Virus record (IMG/VR): IMGVR_UViG_3300038674_000823
Location: 1-33,332 of that record
Direction: 5' to 3' (one strand)
DNA: 33,332 bases
Origin: a virus
Taxonomy: Duplodnaviria; Caudoviricetes
Positions 8,690 to 16,577 of the stretch are shown here, piece by piece. Position numbers and translations under genes: made by a program. The stretch's first letter is position 1, and each line of letters begins with the position of its first letter. The notes beneath the pieces are model-generated. The model was not told the origin of the DNA. It saw nothing but the letters and a program-made list of their open reading frames with translations, and searched no databases.

Positions 8690-9843
8690 TGATCGACTAC
8701 AGAAGGCTGCTGGGCCTCAGGGTCAACGCCAGGGAAGCCGATCTCGACCCCGAAACCTTGAAATTCATGCTTCTGGAGGAAATATCCGGCGAGGCCGTCA
8801 GGCTGTACGGCCAGGGCTGGCACCCCATGGACATCAGGAGGCACGCCGCCGAGATGAACAGGGCGCTCCTGGAAGACGCCCTGCCCAAAGACGATATCGA
8901 CGCCGCACTTACCGCCCGACTGGAGGAAGAAGAGCGGCGGCGGCGAAGAATCGTGGACGCCCCCGGTGAACACCTTGCCCGGCTTCGAAAAGAAGTCCAG
9001 AGCTGGGGAGAAACGTACTCTTTCACCCTGGGCATATCGGGGCTTGATGAATCGTGGGGGGGCATCATGCCCGGAGAAATCGCCGTGATCGTCGGCGCCC
9101 AAGGAAGCATGAAGACCAGCCTGGCCCTGAACGGCGTAGAGCATTTTCTCAGGGAAAACCAGGACGGAACAGTCCTCTTCTTCAGCCTGGACATGACCAC
9201 CGAAGAGCTCTCGGCGCGGATAATCATGAGGGATTTGGGGGTCTCGCATCAGGAAGTATACGGCATGATGCGGGAACAGAACCTCCGGTATCTCCAGGCG
9301 GAGCGGGCTTTTGCGGAAGCCACGAAAGGACGCCTGAAGATGCTTGGAAACACGGACAATAGCCGCTGGACAATAGAGGGCGTCGAATGGCAGGTTGCCC
9401 TCAGAAAGCCGGACCTCGTCGTCATCGACTTCCTGACCATGCTCAAGAAACCAGGACAATCGGACCTCGAGGCCGTCGAAGAAATAATGCCGCGGCTGCA
9501 GGCAACCACCCAGCGGCTCAGAATCAAAACGCTGATCCTCTCGCAGATGGCGCGGGCCTCGAAAAATGATCAGGCAAAAGGCATCACGGGCGGCCACTCG
9601 AAGGGGGGCGGAATCGTCGAAGAGCTGGCCCACTCCGAGATAGAACTTTATCGGGACAAGGGGGAGGACGACAATGAGCCCCCTCGCATAATTGCCACCA
9701 TAACAAAAACAAGGCGAGGGGTCAGCGGAGCGTCCTACGAGTTGGCCTACAGGGGCAGACAGATGGAATTTACGGGGCAAACGAGGCGGGTCCAGAGGGA
9801 GAAAAGAAAACCCATCTTCTCCGCCGTCAGCCCCCTTGCATGA
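8689..9843 (+). CDS. DnaB-like (SF4) replicative helicase
   Basis: GISGLD, Walker A GAQGSMKT, FFSLDM, VVIDFL, LSQM, C-terminal KTRRG. Translationally coupled to the initiator. Confidence 0.88.
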   Translation: MIDYRRLLGLRVNAREADLDPETLKFMLLEEISGEAVRLYGQGWHPMDIRRHAAEMNRALLEDALPKDDIDAALTARLEEEERRRRRIVDAPGEHLARLRKEVQSWGETYSFTLGISGLDESWGGIMPGEIAVIVGAQGSMKTSLALNGVEHFLRENQDGTVLFFSLDMTTEELSARIIMRDLGVSHQEVYGMMREQNLRYLQAERAFAEATKGRLKMLGNTDNSRWTIEGVEWQVALRKPDLVVIDFLTMLKKPGQSDLEAVEEIMPRLQATTQRLRIKTLILSQMARASKNDQAKGITGGHSKGGGIVEELAHSEIELYRDKGEDDNEPPRIIATITKTRRGVSGASYELAYRGRQMEFTGQTRRVQREKRKPIFSAVSPLA

Positions 9844-9855
9844 GGAGGAGAACCC

Positions 9856-10089
9856 ATGACAAGCAGCGCAGTGGAGGAAATAGCGGCTCGCGCTTCGGAA
9901 CTTGAACTCAATCTGAAAAAACTGCGCGACTCTGCGGAATCATATCTTCCCGGATCTGTTCTCCGGCAGAAAATAGAGGCGACCATGGCGGAAAAAGAAG
10001 CGGAATACGCCCGGCTGCTCCGGGATCTCGATCAGCTTCAGGGGCAGGGGCACCTGTTTCCGGATCTCCTGTCCCCGGGCAAGGGATAG
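9856..10089 (+). CDS. Hypothetical coiled-coil protein (77 aa)
   Basis: AGGAGG RBS and heptad-like pattern. Confidence 0.7.
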   Translation: MTSSAVEEIAARASELELNLKKLRDSAESYLPGSVLRQKIEATMAEKEAEYARLLRDLDQLQGQGHLFPDLLSPGKG

Positions 10090-10096
10090 GAATCGA

Positions 10097-10600
10097 ATGG
10101 GGACCCTGCACCCGGGGGACGTCGGAAGGCTTGGCGCGGTGATAGAGCTGGTCGCCCTCTACCATCCCGCCGGACTGCGCATTCTGCTGGGTGAGAGGCC
10201 TCCTCTCGATGCGGAGGCCTGGTCAGAACTCATCGAATCTCTGCGGTCGAAGGAAGAGCTGGATCGTGTGGACCGGTCTCCGAACCTCGACGGGTTTCTG
10301 TCCAAAATGTCCGACGGGTTGTGCGTCGTTGAATTTATTGAACGGGCGTGCGGCTGGGGGGCCGTGGTGGAGTCGGCGCAAGCCTTCAGGCAGACCCGCC
10401 CCATGGACTGGAACATTTTTGTCGAATTCATCCGGTCCGCCACAGACCCCCTCGCCTCCAGGCTGCAGGAAAGCCCCCTGACGGCGGCTGCCGGAGAATA
10501 CGGTGTAGACCGAAAGACCATCTACCGCAGGCGGTCGCTTGTCCCCGTCAAAATCGCACGGGAGGCCATCGGCGGATTTCAGCGGGCGCTGTTCGGTTAA
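10097..10600 (+). CDS. Putative late-gene regulator with C-terminal HTH
   Basis: LTAAAGEYGVDRKTIYRRR helix-turn-helix. Last gene of the early operon, followed by phased repeats and a promoter. Confidence 0.6.
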   Translation: MGTLHPGDVGRLGAVIELVALYHPAGLRILLGERPPLDAEAWSELIESLRSKEELDRVDRSPNLDGFLSKMSDGLCVVEFIERACGWGAVVESAQAFRQTRPMDWNIFVEFIRSATDPLASRLQESPLTAAAGEYGVDRKTIYRRRSLVPVKIAREAIGGFQRALFG

Positions 10601-10620
10601 CGCCCTTCCGGAAGAATCGC

Positions 10621-10700
10621 CAATGTCCCGGCTATTCCCCAACTAATCCACAGATAATCCCCGACTATTCCCCAACTAATCCCGTCGCGGCTGGTAAAAT
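10621..10700 (+). promoter_or_regulatory. Putative activator-dependent late promoter: 11-bp phased repeats plus extended -10
   Basis: Units CTATTCCCCAA / CTAATCCACAG / ATAATCCCCGA / CTATTCCCCAA / CTAATCCCGTC (10632-10686), then TGgTAAAAT at 10692-10700. No canonical -35. Confidence 0.65.
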
Positions 10701-10741
10701 GATACCGTGGGTGCAGTGCGAGAGCAGAAAGCAGCGCGGGG

Positions 10742-10783
10742 AGAACCGCTTCCGGGAGTCAGCTTCCTGGGCGGTTCTTTTTT
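10742..10783 (+). terminator. Rho-independent terminator-like hairpin
   Basis: AGAACCGC...GCGGTTCT stem with an inner GGGAG/CTTCC stem, followed by T6. Confidence 0.65.
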
Positions 10784-10821
10784 GTGCCCGAATTTTTATT
10801 GCATGGGGAGGGGGTTGACAG

Positions 10822-11034
10822 GTGGAAGAATATGTTCTCTGGGGAATCCCGGAAGAAAAGGGGCTCCGGATCGGAGCCTCAGACCTTCGAAAATCCCCGC
10901 TGCCTTTCGGCGCCGATATCATCACGAGGGTAGAACCCTGCGACCTTGACATCATGCGTCGGTGGTGCAGACGCCGGGCACGGCGGGGATGGACGGTGGA
11001 AAAAATGCGGGCTTTCTGTGGTGAAGCGTCATGA
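10822..11034 (+). CDS. Hypothetical protein (70 aa)
   Basis: GGAGGGG RBS, GTG start, ATGA overlap with the recombinase. Confidence 0.6.
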   Translation: MEEYVLWGIPEEKGLRIGASDLRKSPLPFGADIITRVEPCDLDIMRRWCRRRARRGWTVEKMRAFCGEAS

Positions 11035-11654
11035 AATGGCTGGGATCGAAGACGACGCAGCCCATACGAAGCGCGTCCGACAGGGAGGCCATAGAACGAT
11101 TTTTGTACAGGAGAAGCGCCCGCGACCACGCGCTTTTCGTCTTCGGCACCCGAACCGGCCGCAGGATTACAGACCTTGTAAAGCTCAACGTCGGGGACGT
11201 GGCGTTCATCGACAGCCGGGGGCGTTTGTGCGTAAAGGAGCGTTTTGAAATAACAGAGAAAAAGACCGGCAAAAGAGCAAATATCATCATCCATCCAAAG
11301 GCTCGCCGGGTGCTCTCGCGATATTTCAGAGAGCGGATGAACGAGGCTCCGTCGAAGGGGAGGCTCCTCCTGGAGCCGCTGTTCAAGTCGCGACAGCGGA
11401 ACGGAGACGGGGAATACAGAATTGGCACCAGCCACGCATGGCGCATCCTTAAAAAAGCGGCCACCGCCTGCAAGCTGAATTATCGCGTAGGCACACACTC
11501 GCTGAGGAAGACATTCGGGTATTGTCTGTACCACGAAGGAACCAACCTCGAACTCATACAAAAACTGCTAAATCACAGCTCTCCGGAAATCACGCTGGCG
11601 TACATCGGCATTACCCAGGACAACCTCGACGAAGCTATCCTCGCTCTCCCTTAG
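11031..11654 (+). CDS. Tyrosine recombinase, catalytic domain only (207 aa)
   Basis: RD..LF, TGRRITDL (Arg), EKKTGK (Lys), HSLRKTF, LNHSS, YIG catalytic residues. No N-terminal arm-binding or SAM-like domain. Confidence 0.92.
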   Translation: MKWLGSKTTQPIRSASDREAIERFLYRRSARDHALFVFGTRTGRRITDLVKLNVGDVAFIDSRGRLCVKERFEITEKKTGKRANIIIHPKARRVLSRYFRERMNEAPSKGRLLLEPLFKSRQRNGDGEYRIGTSHAWRILKKAATACKLNYRVGTHSLRKTFGYCLYHEGTNLELIQKLLNHSSPEITLAYIGITQDNLDEAILALP

Positions 11655-11869
11655 TCATCATGCTTCGCTGCACACAATAAGCCGTTTTTGTTGAAGTTGT
11701 GAGAAAAAGGGGTGTTTTTGGCCGCAGACGATTTTCCCCGATCTTGGAGCTGGGGGTTTTGGCGCTTCCCCTTGTGGCGTCTCGTTTTACACAGTATTTT
11801 TGAGTGCAATAGTTTACCGTTTTGCAGCACTGGGGGCCGGCGAGCCTTAAACGCTGATGAGCGCAGGGT

Positions 11870-11931
11870 TTTACGGGTCCTCCCAAGGGGGGGAGGGCCG
11901 AGGTCGGCTCGCTGACCCCGGGTTTTGGCTA
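11870..11931 (+). other. Putative cos packaging site (cosQ plus cosN)
   Basis: TTTACGGGTCCT (GGGTCCT = lambda cosQ) at 11870-11881, dyad GGTCGG-ctcg-CTGACC at 11902-11917, then CCCGGGTTTTGGCTA. Lies about 150 bp upstream of the small terminase gene. Confidence 0.75.
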
Positions 11932-12083
11932 GCGCCAGAATTGTACGATTTCGTTTCGTGCGTTTGACCAAAGGGCTAAGGCTTTGCAAAGTCGGCTTTT
12001 TCAAAAACGAAATGGGGTAATTAGCAGGGGTAATGTTAATGATTTAATAAGGCCATTCAAGATAGATATATGGAGGGTTTGGG

Positions 12084-12620
12084 ATGGCTCAAAAAAATAT
12101 GGGATACAAAGTACAATCTCAAGAGGGCGAAAATCAGTCCACTTACTCTGTGAAAACAATTGCCGACCTGCTTCTGCTGTCTGAGAGGAGAGTGCAGCAG
12201 CTCGTCCAGGAGAAGGTGATACCCCGCGCCAGAGCCGGAGAGTATGCCCTTTTTCCCTCGGTGCAAGGGTATATCAGGTATCTCCAGGAGAGGATTCAGA
12301 CTGGAGATGACCCCGATTTGACCAGGGAACGGGCCCTGCTGACAAAGGTGCAGAGGGAAACCGCCGAACTTGAATTGGCGGCCATGCGGGGAGATGTCCA
12401 CAAGAGCGAGGATGTGATGATGGTTTGGACAGAATCGATTACGAACTGCAGATCCCGTCTGTTGGCCATCCCGACCAAACTCGCCCCCATCCTGTTCGAG
12501 GCGGAAACGGTCGCGGATATCCAGGAGGTCTTGAAAAAGGCCATCTACGAGGCCCTCGATGAACTCTCAGAATATAGCAAGGAGCGAATATCGGGTATGG
12601 TCCCTGTGGACGAGGTTTGA
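12084..12620 (+). CDS. Terminase small subunit (Nu1-like)
   Basis: Winged-HTH IADLLLLSERRVQQL, coiled coil ERALLTK...AELEL, LLAIP motif. GGAGG RBS, upstream of the large subunit. Confidence 0.9.
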   Translation: MAQKNMGYKVQSQEGENQSTYSVKTIADLLLLSERRVQQLVQEKVIPRARAGEYALFPSVQGYIRYLQERIQTGDDPDLTRERALLTKVQRETAELELAAMRGDVHKSEDVMMVWTESITNCRSRLLAIPTKLAPILFEAETVADIQEVLKKAIYEALDELSEYSKERISGMVPVDEV

Positions 12621-14508
12621 TGCCCTGTGGTGTCCGCCGCCGGAGATTTCGGTTGCCGAATGGGCCGACAGGGAAAGGCGGCTGTCGCAGGAATCAAGTG
12701 TCGAACCGGGGCGATGGGTAACGGACAGGGCCCCGTATCAGAGAGGCATAATGGACGCTATTTCGGATCCGCGCCAGCAGGATATTGTAATTATGTCCGC
12801 AGCGCAGATCGGAAAGAGTGAAATTTTGAACAACGTGATAGGGATGTATATCGATATCGATCCTTGCCCGATGATGCTGGTCCAGCCAACCATAGAGGAC
12901 GCGGAGGACTATAGTAAAGATCGCATAGCGCCGATGATCCGGGATACGCCGAGCCTTTCCGGGAAGGTAAAAGATCCCCGGTCCAGGGACAGCGGCAATA
13001 CCTTGCGGCATAAAAAATTTCCCGGGGGACAGCTTTTTCTGGGCGGAGCGAATTCACCGAGCGGGCTGGCTTCGAAGCCGATACGATTACTGCTCCTGGA
13101 CGAGATCGACAGGTATCCTGCTTCGGCCGGTTCTGAGGGGGATCCTGTGCTTCTGGCCCGAAAGCGTACTCAAAATTTCTGGAATCGGAAGGTTATCCAG
13201 GTTAGCACGCCGACCATTAAGGGCTTGAGCCGGATAGAAAAGCTGTACGAGTCTTCGACGATGGAACAATGGCACGTTCCATGTCCGAAATGCGGGGTTC
13301 CACATCCTATCGAGTGGGGCAACTTCAACTATAAGAATCTTGACGATATCCGGTTGAAGTGCCCTGCGTGCGGGCAGTACAGCGGTGAGCAGGAATGGAA
13401 GTCCCAGCAGTCCCGGGGGAAGTGGGTGCCACGGAAGGAGCACCACGTTCGAGGCTTCCACATCAACGCCTTTTCTTCCCCGTGGACGTCGTGGCGGGAG
13501 CTGATTTTCGCGTACATGGAAGCGAAAAAAGACGGGGATGACGCGATGAAAGTGTGGTGGAATACCGTCCTCGGGATTCCATGGGAGGAAACGGGCAACG
13601 CCATCGAGGTGGAGAATCTCGAAGAGCACCGGGAAGAGTACGGCGCGGAAATTCCGGATGGAGTATTGATCCTCACATGTGGAATAGACACCCAGGATGA
13701 CCGCCTCGAAGCCGAGGTTGTCGGGTGGGGGCCGAGAAAAGAATCATGGGGTATCTGCTATCGGGTGTTCTACGGCGATCCTGGGCAGCCTCTCGTGTGG
13801 GAGGCTCTGGATGAGTTTTTGCTTTCACTCTGGAATTACGCCGACGGAGAACAGATAGGGATAGCATGCGCCTGCATAGATTCAGGCGGACACTACACCG
13901 ATGAGGTGTATAAGTTTTGCAAGTCCAGGGAACGGCGGAATGTGTTCGCCGTCAAGGGGTCGTCGGTCTACGGGAAGCCCGGGGTAAGCAAGCCGAGCCG
14001 AAATAATCGCCGCAGGGTGGCGCTGTTCAGTCTCGGTGTCGATGCCCTGAAGGGGAGTTTGTTTTCCCGCCTGAAGGTTGAGTCGCCCGGCCCTGGTTAT
14101 TGTCATTGGCCGCGGGAGCTCAAGACGAACCATCGCGGATACGATTTGCCGTACTTCAAGGGGCTTGTGTCGGAAAAACTGGTGGTCCGGCGGGTCGGCG
14201 GAAAAATGAAGGTCGAGTGGGTGAAGCGCTACGCAGGGGTAAGGAACGAACCGTTGGACGTGAGAGTGTACGCCACGGCGGCCCTCGAAATTCTCAATCC
14301 CGATCTAGAACGGCGCAGGGAGCGGCGAACGGTGAAGCGGAAGGGGAGCAAACCCGCGGCGAAGAAGCGCAAAGAGCCCCCGCTGAATCTCCGACAGGAG
14401 CCACCCCCTCAGCCTCCACCAGAACCACAACCGAAAAATCCTCCATCGAAACAGGCAACGCAGAAACGCAGAGGCGGCGTGCGTGTTTTGAATGGTGGAA
14501 TGAGGTAA
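12559..14508 (+). CDS. Terminase large subunit (lambda gpA family)
   Basis: PYQRGIMDA, AQIGKSE Walker A, LLLDEIDRY Walker B, STPT, two CxxC, GIDTQDDR, IDSGG, RNEPLD. Exact start uncertain. Confidence 0.95.
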   Translation: MNSQNIARSEYRVWSLWTRFDALWCPPPEISVAEWADRERRLSQESSVEPGRWVTDRAPYQRGIMDAISDPRQQDIVIMSAAQIGKSEILNNVIGMYIDIDPCPMMLVQPTIEDAEDYSKDRIAPMIRDTPSLSGKVKDPRSRDSGNTLRHKKFPGGQLFLGGANSPSGLASKPIRLLLLDEIDRYPASAGSEGDPVLLARKRTQNFWNRKVIQVSTPTIKGLSRIEKLYESSTMEQWHVPCPKCGVPHPIEWGNFNYKNLDDIRLKCPACGQYSGEQEWKSQQSRGKWVPRKEHHVRGFHINAFSSPWTSWRELIFAYMEAKKDGDDAMKVWWNTVLGIPWEETGNAIEVENLEEHREEYGAEIPDGVLILTCGIDTQDDRLEAEVVGWGPRKESWGICYRVFYGDPGQPLVWEALDEFLLSLWNYADGEQIGIACACIDSGGHYTDEVYKFCKSRERRNVFAVKGSSVYGKPGVSKPSRNNRRRVALFSLGVDALKGSLFSRLKVESPGPGYCHWPRELKTNHRGYDLPYFKGLVSEKLVVRRVGGKMKVEWVKRYAGVRNEPLDVRVYATAALEILNPDLERRRERRTVKRKGSKPAAKKRKEPPLNLRQEPPPQPPPEPQPKNPPSKQATQKRRGGVRVLNGGMR

Positions 14509-14545
14509 AATCCCGCGTCGGGCATTTGCTACCTTGCCGTGGGTT

Positions 14546-14579
14546 AAGGGGCGCTCCCCAGGGCGCCCTTCTATTTTTT
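14546..14579 (+). terminator. Terminator-like hairpin after the large terminase
   Basis: GGGCGC...GCGCCC stem followed by TTCTATTTTTT. Confidence 0.5.
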
Positions 14580-14697
14580 CGCCACGCGAGAATGACCGCT
14601 GTGCGATTGTTTTTGATGAAACGGCATGACTGGGCGTCTTTTGAAAAACAAGTGCTCCTGAGGGTGTTTTTGACGGGGGGGTTTTGTGAAGTTTATG

Positions 14698-14733
14698 AAG
14701 GGGGACGGCAAGCGCCGGTCCCCCTTTTTATTT
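14698..14733 (+). terminator. Terminator-like hairpin before gpW
   Basis: AAGGGGGAC-GGC-aagc-GCC-g-GTCCCCCTT followed by TTTATTT. Confidence 0.6.
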
Positions 14734-14752
14734 CGGGGAAGGAGGTGGCGCG

Positions 14753-14974
14753 ATGACTGCCGCAAATCTGGCGGCTTTGAACGAACGGCTGGAGATGTAT
14801 CGGCGGGCGGAGGCGGCGATTTTATCGAGCCAGGCGTACAAGATGGAAGGGGTCGAACTGACCCGTGCGAATTTGGGCGAGGTGCAGCGGATGATTTCCC
14901 GGCTGGAGGGGATGATTTCCCGGCTTTCTTCCGGAAGGGGGCGAGTGAGGGTGATAGTCCCGAAGGATTGGTGA
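14753..14974 (+). CDS. Head completion protein (gpW-like)
   Basis: 73 aa between terminase and portal. Pattern YRRAEAAIL..QAY......LTRANL. AAGGAGG RBS. Confidence 0.8.
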   Translation: MTAANLAALNERLEMYRRAEAAILSSQAYKMEGVELTRANLGEVQRMISRLEGMISRLSSGRGRVRVIVPKDW

Positions 14975-14978
14975 TGGC

Positions 14979-16526
14979 ATGGGCATGGTAGACAGTTTTT
15001 TCCGGGCGGTTGCACCGAAATTCGCCCTGAGGCGGGAAATGGCGCGGTTGCGGCTTGAGACGCTGTCAAAAACGCGAGTCTTGCTGAATTCGGGCTACGG
15101 GAATCATGGGGCGAGCCGGCAGCGGACGTCAATGGTGGCCTGGGATTCGACCTCGAAGAGCCCTGATGAAGATATCGGGGAGAATCTGGAGCTTTTGCGC
15201 GAGCGGTCACGGGATCAGTATTACGGCGTTCCGCTGGCACGGGGAGCCGTGGAACGAATTTTGACCTCCTCAGTTGGGCCTGGTCTGCGGCCGAAATTCA
15301 GTATCAACCGGGAGTACCTCGGGCTGTCGGACGAGGCGGCGGACCGGTGGGAGGAAGACGTCGAACGGGAGTTCGGGTATTGGGCCGAGTCCAAGGATTG
15401 TGATGTTGCCCGGCGGCTGAATTTTTACGAGATGCAGTCTCTTGCCTTTCTGGCCGTTTTGATGAATGGCGATGTGTTCGTAGGACTTCCAATGAAGGCG
15501 CTTCCCGGGAGGCTCTACGATCTGAGAATTCGCCTGATCGAGGGGGACCGGGTGTGCGACCCGGATCGAAAGCCGACCGGAGTGCGGATGGTGGAGGGCA
15601 TCGAATTTGACGGCGACGGGGTTCCGGCGGCGGCGTGGGTGGCGAACCGTCATCCGAAGGGGGAGAGCGTGTTTTTGCCCCGGCTGGCATGGTCCAGGGT
15701 GCCGTTTTTCGGCTCTCTCTCAGGGCGGCGCAACCTGCTGCATCTGATGCGCCCGGAACGGGTGGACCAGCCGAGGGGAGTTCCGCTCCTTTCCCCCGTG
15801 ATAGAGACGCTGAAACAGCTTGGTCGCTATACGGACGCGGAGTTGATGGCCGCCGTGGTGAACGGGATGTATAGCATTTTCTTCGAGCACGACGCGAAGG
15901 AAATGGAGTTGGGCGAGGAAGGGTATGCCATGGAGGAATCGGGGCTGGAAGAGGATCCTCTGGGCAAGGTGCGGCTGGGGTACGGGTCCGTGTTCGATCT
16001 TCCGCCGGGAGTGAAGGCGAACGCTGCGGCTCCCGGTCGCCCGAATCAGAGTTTCGACGCTTTTGTGATGTCGGTGTGCCGCCAGGTGGGGGCTGCCCTG
16101 GGAATCCCGTATGAGCTCCTGATCCTGAACTTCACGGCGTCCTATTCGGCGTCCCGCGGGGCGCTCCTGGAGGCCTGGAAGCTGTTCAGGATATGGCGGG
16201 ACTGGTTCGCGGCGAACTTTTGCCAGCCCGTGCTGCATGAATGGTTGTGCGAAGCGGTGTTGAAGGGGCGGATTTCTGCGCCGGGATTCTTCAGCGATCA
16301 GCTGACGGCCTACTGTTATTCGTGGGTTGACTGGTACGGCCCGGCGCAGGGGCAGCTAGACCCGTTGAAAGAGGTGGTGGCGGCCCAGAGGAGGATTGAA
16401 ATCAACGCGTCCTCTGAATCGCGGGAGGCCATGGAACTGACGGGCTCAGAGTGGGAAATGAACGTCCGGCTCCGGGCGAAGGAGCAGGCGACGAAGCGGG
16501 CGTTGAACCTCGTCTCCGAGAAGTAG
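14979..16526 (+). CDS. Portal protein, lambda family
   Basis: LRERSRD, VGPGL, GIEFD..G, QPRGVPLLSP, GIPYELL, SYSASR, LDPLKE motifs. 515 aa. Confidence 0.95.
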   Translation: MGMVDSFFRAVAPKFALRREMARLRLETLSKTRVLLNSGYGNHGASRQRTSMVAWDSTSKSPDEDIGENLELLRERSRDQYYGVPLARGAVERILTSSVGPGLRPKFSINREYLGLSDEAADRWEEDVEREFGYWAESKDCDVARRLNFYEMQSLAFLAVLMNGDVFVGLPMKALPGRLYDLRIRLIEGDRVCDPDRKPTGVRMVEGIEFDGDGVPAAAWVANRHPKGESVFLPRLAWSRVPFFGSLSGRRNLLHLMRPERVDQPRGVPLLSPVIETLKQLGRYTDAELMAAVVNGMYSIFFEHDAKEMELGEEGYAMEESGLEEDPLGKVRLGYGSVFDLPPGVKANAAAPGRPNQSFDAFVMSVCRQVGAALGIPYELLILNFTASYSASRGALLEAWKLFRIWRDWFAANFCQPVLHEWLCEAVLKGRISAPGFFSDQLTAYCYSWVDWYGPAQGQLDPLKEVVAAQRRIEINASSESREAMELTGSEWEMNVRLRAKEQATKRALNLVSEK

Positions 16527-16577
16527 GGGGTGGTTCGTGGGCCTGAAAGCGACGGCGAAAGGGAGGGTGAGGAAATT

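Noticed and set aside
10621-10686. Repeats as a mini-CRISPR or att site
   Set aside because: Contiguous 11-bp periodic units beside a -10 box fit an operator array, and phage genes continue on both sides.
11031-11654. Recombinase as the prophage integrase
   Set aside because: Too short, lacks the N-terminal domains, and is internal to the late region with no adjacent host boundary.
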